In this document: positions 25,690 through 36,888 of the stretch, in pieces
How positions within the stretch are numbered: position 1 is the stretch's first letter
Layout of the letters: each line of letters opens with the position of its first letter
Assembly (NCBI GenBank): GCA_951406725.2
Contig: OX597814.1
Coordinates: forward strand, 163,370,001-163,434,000
DNA from: Octopus vulgaris
Lineage: Eukaryota
Reading direction: 5' to 3'
Length of the DNA stretch: 64,000 bases
Notes under the pieces: generated by a model
Seen by the model: the letters and a program-made list of their open reading frames with translations, nothing else
Database searches by the model: none
What the model was told of the DNA's origin: nothing
Position numbers and translations under genes: made by a program

Positions 25690-26810
25690 GCATATCAAGG
25701 CATGCTCATATATACTTAAATGATAAACTTCTGGGAAGTTTTATAGATTTTTACAGTTCCAAGATGGCTTGGATCTGTAGTCTTCGTATCAGCTTTCTCC
25801 TTTCTGGTTTTGAGAAGCCTAATTTCCCAAGATTGGTATATAGGCAGTGTGTTACATATTCTAGTGCCCCAATAATTACAGGTATAATACTGAACTCGTA
25901 ATCTGGATTGAGTAACTGCAGATTCCTCAATAGTTCAGAATGGGTATTCTCTTTTTCACTAACCTTCAGCTTAACATTAACATCCACTGGGCATCTGATT
26001 TCCACAACTGTACACAGTTTTTTTCTCTATACCAAATCATTATATCAGGTCTATTGTGTTTACATTTTATTGAGATTTTCACTGGAATATTCCACCAGTA
26101 CACCATTTTATTGTGTGTGGCTATGGCTTCCACCATATTGTCAGTTTTTATCTTTTTGTCCTCCAGGTTATTCTTTCGACGGATTTCATTATACAGTGTC
26201 TATGTATGTATGTATGTATGTATGTATGTATGTATGTATGTAGAGTATGAATTAAGGATTTGCATTCTCTCCCCAAGATCCTAAGTTCAGCCATATTTTA
26301 CTCCAGATATTTTGGTATGCATCAACTGTTAATAATATGTATGAAGCTGAAAGCATATCTTGGGTACTAAATTTGCAAATTCTTTACCAATGGGCCATAG
26401 ATATCCCCTTTTTCTTGTATTTTTGTAACCACATTTGTGTCCAGGATATAGCTGATTTTCACAACAGAATGTATCTTTTCCTTGTGATCACACACAACAA
26501 TATCTGGCCAGTTGGGTTTTAAATTGGTGGCTGTTTTAATTTTCAAGTTCCATCAATATTCTGTTGACCCATTGGTTTCAATATGATCAACTTCGTCTGT
26601 TGGTGTTTTCTGTTTTGTTATCCTGCTCCAGACTGTTAAGGCCACTGCATCATGCCTCATGATAATTTAATATCTTGAAAACATTCTCTTACAATGAGCA
26701 ATAATGTGATTGATGTCTTCAGTTTTGGTCTTGCACAGCCTGCATTTGTAGTCAGCCAGCAATTTCTGTCTTTTATGCTATAGGTACTTGGTGGGGATCT
26801 TTTGCTCTTC
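25690..26810 (-). mobile_element. R4/Dong-like non-LTR retrotransposon 3' remnants (CCHC knuckle, restriction-like endonuclease)
   Basis: Minus-strand peptides DYKCRLCKTKTEDINHIIAHC, MRHDAVA, NWPDIVV and EIRCPVDVNV...IIPVIIGAL. Embedded in (TATG)n repeats. Confidence 0.75.
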
Positions 26811-27638
26811 TATGTATGTATGTATGTATGTATGTATGTATGTATGTATGTATGTATGTATGTATGTATGTATGTATGTATGCATGTGTATATGTATAAG
26901 TTATTGCACAGTTCTGTCAACCAAATTCCACTTACGTTATTGGTTAACATGTCATTTTCCAATTTTTTTTCATGTAGGAGCAGTAAAATACAAAATAATT
27001 CTACAGAGAAACTATTTATTCTCTGAATATTAGCTTTTTCAAATTACACACACACACACACATATGCATGCAGACACAGACACACACACACAATAAATTA
27101 TATATTTATATATATATATATATATATATGAATACATGCATGTGTGTATATACATACATATGTATGTGTATGTGTGTGTGTGTGCATGTGTGTATGCATG
27201 TTTGTATGTATGTATACATACAAACATACATACATATATATAGTTAATCCAAACATGAACAAAGGGAAAACACAACAACGCGAGGACATGGAACAAGTAC
27301 AGTGTTATTGGACCCTCAGGAGAGGAAAGAAAGAAGGATTTAATGTTTTGAGCGGAGCTCTTCGTCAGGAACACAGAAAAGGAAATTATTCTTTTATTCT
27401 TATTCAAGAATGTTATTGACAGTAACTTTGGCCAGCTAGGTCATCATCAAGCTGCAACGTGTTAGAGACCGTCTTGCAGTCCGATAATGGGTCAGCTGTC
27501 CAAAACTTTGAAGTCACTGTCAATAACATTCTTGTAAAAGAATAATAAATATGAACTCTACAAAAGTATAGAGTAACTTGTCACATCAATGTAAAATTGT
27601 TTTTATCATAACTGAATATAAAAACAAACATTAATATG

Positions 27639-27691
<53 letters not shown>

Positions 27692-27898
27692 ATATATATA
27701 TATATATAATATATATGTATATATATTATATATACATATATATAATATACATAAATTAAAGAAAAACCACTATTATGTAATTCAAACAATGATAGACATA
27801 AACCAAATCATAAAGAAAAAATAAAATATATTATAAAATATATCACTAGATCACAAACAGTACAAAAAAATGAATAAACAATATATAATAAGTAAAAA

Positions 27899-28000
27899 GA
27901 CTACGTACGTTTCATGGCTATAAATTCAAATCGAATTACAATTATATTTAAATTTAATCGAAAAACAATTCAATTTAAAAGTATAGTCATTCCTCAGGTC
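27899..28000 (-). ncRNA. Minimal type I hammerhead ribozyme motif with long AT-rich stem II
   Basis: GAC-CTGAGGA-ATGACTATA...TATAGCCAT-GAAA-CGTACG-TA-GTC. Intact core, stem I GAC/GTC, palindromic CGTACG. Confidence 0.7.
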
Positions 28001-28093
28001 AACAATAATAACAATAACAATAGCAGTTAAATAAATAATCAAATAGAATTAAACAACATTTCTTAAAGAAATAAAATCCTAATTGTTCTTATA

Positions 28094-30415
28094 GAAGCAA
28101 GGTATATCACCGAAGGTCTTGGTAACTTGTCACTCCTTCCATCAGGCCCAACGCTTGAACGGTCCCTTTTACATGATACCGACACAGGTGCCAGTCAGAC
28201 TGCACTGGCATCAGCCATGACTGCGATTTCACTCAATTTGACAGATCTGCACAAACACAGCATATCACCCAAAGATTTAAGGTCGCTTTCAACAGGCCAG
28301 TTATGCAACACCGGCATCGGCCATGACTATGATCTCACTTGGCCTGACAGGTCTTCTCAAGCACAGCATATCTCCAAAGGCCTCGGTCGCTTGTCATTGT
28401 CTCTGTGAGTGCCAACATTCAAACACTGCTTCACCACCTCGTCTTCCTGGGTCTACTTCTTCTACAGGTTCCCTCTACTGTTAGAGTGTGACACTTCTTT
28501 ACACAGCTGTCCTCATCCATATGCACCACATGACCATACCAGTACAGTCGTCTCTCTTGCACACCACATCTGATGTTTTTTATGTCCAACTTTTCCCTCA
28601 GGATGCTTACACTCTGTTCTGCATGCATACTAGCTTCATTTCTTACAAGATTATGCATGTCCTCAGCAGCCACAGCCCATGTTTCACTACTGTGTAGCAT
28701 GGTTCTTCACATACAGGCATCATATGGTCTGCCTTTCACTCTGAGTGAGAGGCCGTTTGTCACCAGCAGAGGTAGGAGCTCTCTGAACTTTGCCCAGCCT
28801 ATTCTTATTCTAGCAGCTACACTCTCAGAACATCCACCCTTCTACTGACTTTGTCACCTAGGTAATGAAATCTGTTGACTATTACTAGTTTTTTTCCCTG
28901 GCATGTGATGGAGTCTAATTTCTGTACGTTTTTTGGTGTTTATTGTACCTATGCATTTTCCACAGACACTATCTTCCCTGTTAACATTCCTCTGATATTG
29001 CTGCACCTCTTATGTGTTCTTAGCTTACATCGGGTACATCTTATGGAGTTTCTACCTATGCTTTTTTTTACAGATCGAGCAGGGTTGAAGGGATTTGTGC
29101 TTTGTCTACCTTCCTATTTACTAAGACTTTGGTTTTTGCTAGATTAACTCTAGTGCCCTTCGATTCTAAGTCTTGCTTCCATGCCGGAAACATCTCTAGT
29201 TCTGGTAGTGATTCAGCTATTAAAGCAAGGTCATCAGCATCGAGAAGCTCCCTGGGGCAGCTTGTCTTGAATTTCTCTGTTATCGCTTGGAGTACTATGA
29301 TGAACAAGAGGGGTCTGAGGACTGATCCTTGGTGAATCCCTGCTTGTACCCTGAATTCTTCGGTATACTGGTTGCCAACCATCACATAAATGACAGCATC
29401 CCTGTTCATGGCTTGTACAGCTCTCACCAACCACTCATCTATCCCAGTTTCCACATTGACCACTAGATAAGGGATCAGGCGACCCTGTCAAAGGCTTTCT
29501 CCATGTCAAGGAAAGCCTAGTACAGAGGTTTATCTTTGGCTAGGTACTTCTCTTGCGGCTGTCTTACCAGGAATAAAGCATCTGTGGTGCTTCTCCCTGC
29601 CACAAACCTAATCTGCATTTCATATAAACTCTCTTCCTAATTAGTTGGGCTATGAGCCTCTATATGACTTTCATCACCTGATCCAACAATTTGATATCTC
29701 TGAAAGTTTTTCTAAGGCGTCACCTTTAACTATGTAACAGATGACTCATTCATCTTTCACCTGGTTAACTATACAGGTGACTAGACTATAGCCTACAACG
29801 CCAGATATTTTAAGCATCTCAGTGGTGATGCCTGGTGGACTGTGGGCTTTCCCTGTTTTCATATCTTTAATTGCTTTATCTATCAAGATACTGTCAGTTT
29901 GGATAGCTATTCCCTCTGTTGGGTAACATTAGGCAGACTCTCTCCCATTCATTCTCTTCATGTAGCAACCTTTCAAAGTGGTGTCTCCAAGTGTCTTTCT
30001 TTGCAGCATCATTAAATGCAAGTGAGTCAACATCCATGCAGACACATTTCTCTCCTATACATACATACATACATGTATGTATGTATGTATGTATGTATGT
30101 ATGTATGTATGTATGTATGTATGTATATGTATATATGTACATATATGTGTGTGCCATACGTATGCACATGTGCATAATATCTTTATATGTGTGCATGTGT
30201 GAGTATGCGTGCGTGTGTGTGCATGTGTGCATGTATGTGTCTCTGCGTGGGTGTGTTTCCAGGCCACAACACAGATAGGATGCTCTTGAAGCTGAAAATT
30301 TAAATTCATGGAGACAATTTTTATATATCATCCAAGGAAACACAACCAGATCTTATAATGCAAGGAAATGGTTGCACAACCAAGTACCTGCAAGCCTGGA
30401 GAACTATACTGCATA
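28094..30415 (-). mobile_element. Degenerate RTE LINE (RT domain), interrupted by a microsatellite
   Basis: GIHQGSVLRPLLF, LLDADDLAL, HSSETW, RRLYWYGHV. Same family as 1571-3005, with frameshifts. Confidence 0.88.
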
Positions 30416-30601
30416 GAAACAATTGTAGTGAATGCAAATAAATGTTGAACCGTATTCCTTCTTGTCAACTCCAACTTTTTCAGTTATCTATCCATCCATT
30501 ACCAAACACAAACCAAGAAGTACATATAATACTACTACTGGAGAGCACAGGATGGACAAGATTTATACTGTACTTGATTACATTCTTAACAGAATATAAC
30601 A

Positions 30602-30649
<48 letters not shown>

Positions 30650-30965
30650 TGTAGGTTATATTCATATTAAGAAAGAAGAAGAAATGGAGATTGTGAAGTT
30701 AATAAGAGTTTATTATTAACAACAAATCGAACATCATCTCTTACAACTGTTTCTATTATACACAGGAAATTAATTAAATATCATTAAGTTCATATTTATG
30801 AGCATAATATTTTCAGAGGGAACAAAAATATACCAATAGATGTTTATATGTTTGTTTATGGATTCATTATAGCAGTCTGGTATAATTTGCTATTAATAAT
30901 AAACACTTATTAACATCACAATGTCCATTTTTTCCTTCTTCCTTTATATGAATGTAACCTACAAG

Positions 30966-31011
<46 letters not shown>

Positions 31012-31052
31012 CGGCGGTGCATCAGCATGACCGCAGCTCTGAGCTGAAACTA

Positions 31053-31146
<94 letters not shown>

Positions 31147-31252
31147 AATAGGTAGATATACATATGTATATGTATCTATAATATAAGGAATATGGAGAGA
31201 GTCTGAACACAGAAAATATGAAATTTATTTATATAATAGTCAATTTCATATC

Positions 31253-31342
31253 GTCTACATACGTTTCAATTTCTTACCTTCATTTATATTTTGCAATTAA
31301 GATTGTATTATGCAATTTAAAAGGTAAAAATCTCTTCAGGGC
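31253..31342 (-). ncRNA. Degenerate minimal hammerhead motif
   Basis: GCC-CTGAAGA-GATTTTTACCTT...AAGGTAAGAAATT-GAAA-CGTATG-TA-GAC. One mismatch in stem I. Confidence 0.5.
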
Positions 31343-31399
31343 AAAAAATTGACAAATGTTCCTCATGTCTGTCAGTAGCAACTTTTGCTGTGTAAATTA

Positions 31400-32336
31400 G
31401 TGCATTATCATCCTGAAAGATTACGTTTCGCGCCAGTGTGTAAGCCAACCAATCACAGTCTTTGGATAAGGTCTCGTGACACTGTTTTTCTGATCCTTCA
31501 TTTGAGCCACCTAAACCCTATAAAAAAACCCAGCATTCACTATTCCAGGTCTTTGGCTCTAAACCTTCTAAGATCTAGTCACTGACCACAGAGCTACTCA
31601 GCCATGTTCCAGTTCCAACGACAGACGACCAGCTAGCCAGCCATGCTCCTGCTTCAGCCATGACGACGCTAACTTACACCAGCGACAGACAGGACGTTCT
31701 CTATCTCCGCCGCCGTCATCATCATCGTCGTCCTTCAACTCTGTGTCATCTCCATCTCCGTCGACTTCAACAACATGTACACCTCAACATCGTCCAGGTT
31801 TGAACTCTACGCTGTTTGTGAATATTTCACCGAGGTAAAACAGTTGCAGTCTACCTGAAAGAACTTTCTGTATCAAGAGGCTCAGCACGGCATTATAGCC
31901 ACAAACCGCTGCACGACATGTGCACAATCGGCCTCTACCTCGTGTCCACAACATCTTGTTATAGCACTTGCTATCGTGTACCTCACTTACGAACTGGTAA
32001 CCAAATTCCATCTTAACTCAATATGCTGAGAAACGTATATTGTGCTCTGTATTCTGTTGTATACGCATACACCTCTGTCGCATACACGAACACACAGACA
32101 CAAACACTTGTCGCACGCATCTAAACTTTGCTAGCACCCACACTTTATCTTTGTACACTTTGTAAATAAAGTCTTCTTCTCTCTCAAACAGTAGAACGGT
32201 TGTCGTCATTCATTCATTCGTTTTGGCACTGTATTTTATATCATGTATTTGGCTTCTTATTTTGTTAGGGGCGACCGTGCGGCGTTCTCAGGAGACCTTT
32301 GTCACCAACTCCTTACGCACGGTCGTATCCCCTACA
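31400..32336 (+). mobile_element. Probable solo LTR abutting a Tc1 remnant (left boundary uncertain)
   Basis: CCAAT at ~31449, TATAAAA at ~31519, AATAAA at ~32164. Ends ...CCCCTACA exactly where the Tc1 reading frame is interrupted. Confidence 0.45.
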
Positions 32337-32567
32337 GTTTTGTTTCGACAAGGAGGTTTTTCCCTCTTTCTCAAAGGCTGTCATTACTTTCGAGACAGTA
32401 CTTCTTGATACACCAAACACTTCGGCTATTTTCGTTACGCTAGCGCCTGCCATACGAGCACCAACAATTTGACCTCTTTGAAAGTTCAATAGATTTGTCA
32501 TTTTAATGAATTTTAATGAATTTTAATCAACTTTTCTGATGATTTCCATTATTTTGCCTAACCCCTG
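32337..32567 (-). mobile_element. Tc1-like transposon 5' fragment
   Basis: TA|CAGGGGTTAGGCAAAATAATGGAAA terminus. MTNLLNFQRGQIVGARMAGASVTKIAEVFGVSRSTVSKV is a paired-like HTH. Confidence 0.8.
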
Positions 32568-32604
<37 letters not shown>

Positions 32605-32607
32605 ATG

Positions 32608-32661
<54 letters not shown>

Positions 32662-32816
32662 ATATATACGTATGTATGTATAAAAATTCGGTGTGTCTTG
32701 CGTTCCAATACTTAATAAGTGAAAAAATGTATAGTAAATAAACAAACGATATAACATATACTGTGTGTACAACCGGACGGGAGACAAATACAGAAGGTCC
32801 CTAATTTATTATAACT

Positions 32817-33275
32817 GGTAGATGGGTCTGGCTATAGTTCATAGAGAATATATAACATAAATTAAAGTAATACAAGTTAGAAGATAAAACGTGACAAAGG
32901 ATCCAAATTAAAAGATAAAATGAAGAAGGATAGGTCTACACGTGCCGACACATATATAGGCGTAGACACAGCACACCCATTTGCGCCAGTCGGGAGATGT
33001 CAAGGAACATGATCATAGACAACCAAGATGGGCGCCTCTAATATGGTCATCTTCATTGTTTATGACTATATTCAGTAACATCACCTGGACCACGTGAGTG
33101 GGTAGGGTGTGTGTGTGTCTATTACGTGTGTCAACATGTATAGACCTATCCTTCATTTTATCTTTCAGTTCGGATCTTTTGTCGTGTTTTATTCTTTGTC
33201 ATATTTTATTCTCTATCTTGTACTTCTTTGTTTATGTTATGTATTCACTGTGAACTTAGCCAGACCCATCTACCG
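32817..33275. repeat. Diverged inverted repeat (~165-bp arms)
   Basis: ggtagatgggtctggcta...ggataggtcta pairs with tagacctatcc...tagccagacccatctacc. Confidence 0.75.
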
Positions 33276-33451
33276 GAAATATAATCCGGAAATATTTTCC
33301 ATTCACTGTCAGTATAGTCGATATTCTACAGGCGACACAACATTCCAAGCGAAACTCAGTATATGTAACGAAATATCTCATTTAAAACGTGGCACCTGAC
33401 GAGATGCAGCTTGCAAAAATGGACGCAACACAACTAGCTGTGCAATATACC

Positions 33452-34018
33452 TATTTCTATACTGCCCACAGGGGGCCAAACACATAGAGGACATACAAGG
33501 ACAGACAAACGGATTAAGTCGATTATATCGACCCCAGTGCGTAACTGGTACTTATTTAATCGACCCCGAAAGGATGAAAGGCAAAGTCGACCTCGGCGGA
33601 ATTTGAACTCAGAACGTAGCGGCAGACGAAATACCTATTTCTTTACTACCCAGAAGGGGCTAAACACAGAGGGGACAAACAAGGACAGACAAACGGATTA
33701 AGTCGATTATATCGACCCCAGTGCGTAACTGGTACTTATTTAATCGACCCCGAAAGGATGAAAGGCAAAGTCGACCTCGGCGGAATTTGAACTCAGAACG
33801 TAGCGGCAGACGAAATACCTATTTCTTTACTACCCACAAGGGGCTAAACACATAGAGGATATTCAAGGACAGAAAAACGGATTAAGTCGATTATATCGAC
33901 CCCAGTGCGTAACTGGTACTTATTTAATCGGCGGAATTTGAACTCAGAACGTAGCGGTAGACGAAATACCGGTAAGCATTTCGCTCGGCGTGCTAACGTT
34001 TCTGCCAGCTCGCCGCCT
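33452..34018 (-). mobile_element. SINE family B tandem trimer within a single 13-bp TSD
   Basis: 184-bp periodicity. TSD tgtgcaatatacc at 33439-33451 and 34019-34031. Confidence 0.88.
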
Positions 34019-34297
34019 TGTGCAATATACCATATATAAGGTACAGATACAGGATGCATCAAAACGATCGTTGCGTTGAATAAAGATTCTTGCCAACTCC
34101 ATTTTCTGTTTCCCTCATTCATTATAAACTCAACGAACATCGCGGAATCTCTGATGTAGATCCACTGTCAATTATATCATAACCGTGGATCACACCAGGA
34201 AGCCTAAACAGTGCAAGTGGTTTAATCGGCATACTACAAGGCATATACTCAAAGTCCAAATAATTACTTATATTTGTGTGCGTGTGTGTGTGTGTGT

Positions 34298-35300
34298 TCG
34301 AGGCGGTACCCAAAAATAACGTTCAGTGTAGGACAATCCCATTGTAGTTCAGGTTTCCACCACTAGAAGCCATTTGATGGGACCCTCAGGCATCAGTCAG
34401 CCAACCGGTGGCATCAAGTGAAGTTGTACTGCCATGCGGTGTGTCTTTGTTTTGCAGTGCTTCTCCCCCTCTTCGTTGATTTTTGTGGTGGCTGAAACGA
34501 AGGAACAGCGTGCTTCCGTGAAATTCTGTTTTCTGCTGAGGAAAACAGCGGCCGAAACAGCTTCAAATAGCTTACAAGCACGCTGCCATGAGCAAAACAA
34601 GTTTACCGGTGGTTTTTACGCTTTAGGAATGGTCACTTGTCGCTTGAAGACCAACCTCGTTCAGGGTGACCATCAACCTCCTGAACAAATGAAAACCACA
34701 CGAAAATTCATGAACTGATCTTGGAGGGCCATCGCTGAAAAATTGACGAACTTGTGATATGACTGGTGCATCCTAGAGCTCCTGCCAACGAATTTTGAGC
34801 GCGGAATTGCGAATGAAGAGTTGCAGCAAAATTTGTGTCTCGCTTGCTCACGGAAGATCAAAACGGTCAAGACTGAATGCGTGTCGTGAACTGAAAGAGC
34901 AGTTGGAAATTGATCCGAATCTTTTTTCCGGAGGTCATCACTGGTGACGAAAGTTAGTGCTACGGCTACGACCTGGAAACGAAGCAGCGATCAAGTCAAT
35001 AGAAGCATTCGATGTCACCACGCCCCACAAAAAGGACGTCAAGCGAAATCCAATGTCAAGACGATACTGATTTGTTTAATCGATGCGAAAGGAATTGTCC
35101 ACACAGAATTTGTTCCTCCTGGTCAAACTGCTAACCAGATATTTTATTTGGCAGTTCTGAAGCGCTTGCGAGACGCGGTGAGACGAAAACGCCCTGACCC
35201 CTGGCAAAGTGGAGAGTGATGGTTTCATCACGACAATGCACCTACGCACACTACCTTGAGAGTGAGACAGTTTTTGCCAAAAATGGCATGACTTCACTGC
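34298..35300 (+). mobile_element. Defective mariner transposon, 3'-truncated
   Basis: EQRASVKFCFLLRKTAAET, ITGDES, KSNVKTILICLIDAKGIVHTEFVPPGQT, FHHDNAP. Frameshifted. Confidence 0.85.
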
Positions 35301-36098
35301 AAGCTTTGCATTGCTCAGCGAGCAAGGATCCTCAAAGACTCCCTGAAACCAAGGTTACTGAACTCTCGCCAGGAAATTTACAGTCCCTGCATCCATTTCA
35401 AACGCTATCTGCTGCAAGTACAGGATTCTCCGTTCACCGATTTGATCCGGAAAGGTCCTTACAAAGTGTATCATATTTGACATTCTCACTTATAATCCTT
35501 CTCTCAGTTGTATTATCTCACTAACAGGATTTTGCCTGTGGTCGTCTGTCTGTCATATCCTTTTTGCCAACTAGGTTCTCACCAACTCTTTTGCTTGGGA
35601 ATCTTCTGTATATATAATTATCGCAAGATTGCGAGAAAGAGAGACATACCGTTATCCAAACAATGGGTATTTTGGGGAGGTTTATTGTTCTGTCAACTTA
35701 AACTTTCCACCACATACAAAAAGGTTAGCGGAAGTGAAGTGGCAAAGACATTATTCTGCTTAGCTAAGGCATCTGGCAAATGTAACTGCTGACAACTTAA
35801 TGTTTCTCTATGGGAAAAGTCCGTTGTACTGTTAAGTTAAATTTGGCGATTAAGGATCGAATTCACGCGATGCCTGCATGAAGCCTATATATATAAATGT
35901 ATATAAAGAGAGAGAGAGAGAGAGATTAGATACAGGCATTCTCTCTATAGAATACACTTCGTAGTGCTCAAGAGATTTGAACTTGAGCTGGTAGAGGAGT
36001 AAATGTAAGGACAAGCAACTTAAGCAAGTTGATATACAAAAAATATTAAATACATTTAATACCAAAAATGTTCATATGTATACATATAAAAAAATGAT

Positions 36099-36268
36099 TG
36101 TAACTTGATTCCGTCATTGGATAATACCAGCCTCCGTCTTCAGGAAAGAATTTTACATTTGAGGTGTTGACAGAATGGAGTTTAAGATGAAATCTTTAAA
36201 CACCTCAAATGTAAAGTTCTTATCCAAAGGCGGAGGCTGGTGTTATCTGATGACAGAATCAAGTTACA
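36099..36268. repeat. Inverted repeat (~70-bp arms)
   Basis: tgtaacttgattccgtca...tttgaggtgtt pairs with aacacctcaaa...tgacagaatcaagttaca. Confidence 0.8.
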
Positions 36269-36888
36269 CTCATTATTTTGGGCCACCAAGCACCCAGAAA
36301 CGGTTGCTGGACTCGTAAAACTTTTATTCAACCCATTTAATTCCTGATATCATTTCTATTCTGTGTAAGTCGGACTTTTCTTTACATGTATACATATGTA
36401 CATTTTTTTGTCTATCGACTTGCCTAACTTGCTTGTCTTTACATTTACTTATATATATACACATACAAAGACTAAGTCCTGGGGTCGATTTGCTCGACTA
36501 AAGGCCGCAGTCAAGTGACTGAAACAAGTAAAAGAATAAAATAATATATATACCGTAAATCCTCGAGTATAATCGCATTCTCCCACCCAAAATTTAAAGG
36601 TCAAAATCCCTAGCGCGTACTATATACGAGATTAAAAATGAGAATTATTTTCTAAGCAATGTCCGAGTCTCTATTTGCTGTCCGGCAATGTTTATTCAGA
36701 CGCATTTTGTGATGTCGGGCACGAAATTAGTTTAAGCTAAGCCTGAAAGCAATGAAGTCATAAAAGAATCATCCATAACATGCAGTAAGCAACATTTATT
36801 AAACGTTATTACTGTTATTACACATTCATATCTATGTGTATACGTAGGTATACGTGTGTAGAATACATCCCCACTATTGGCACTATTT

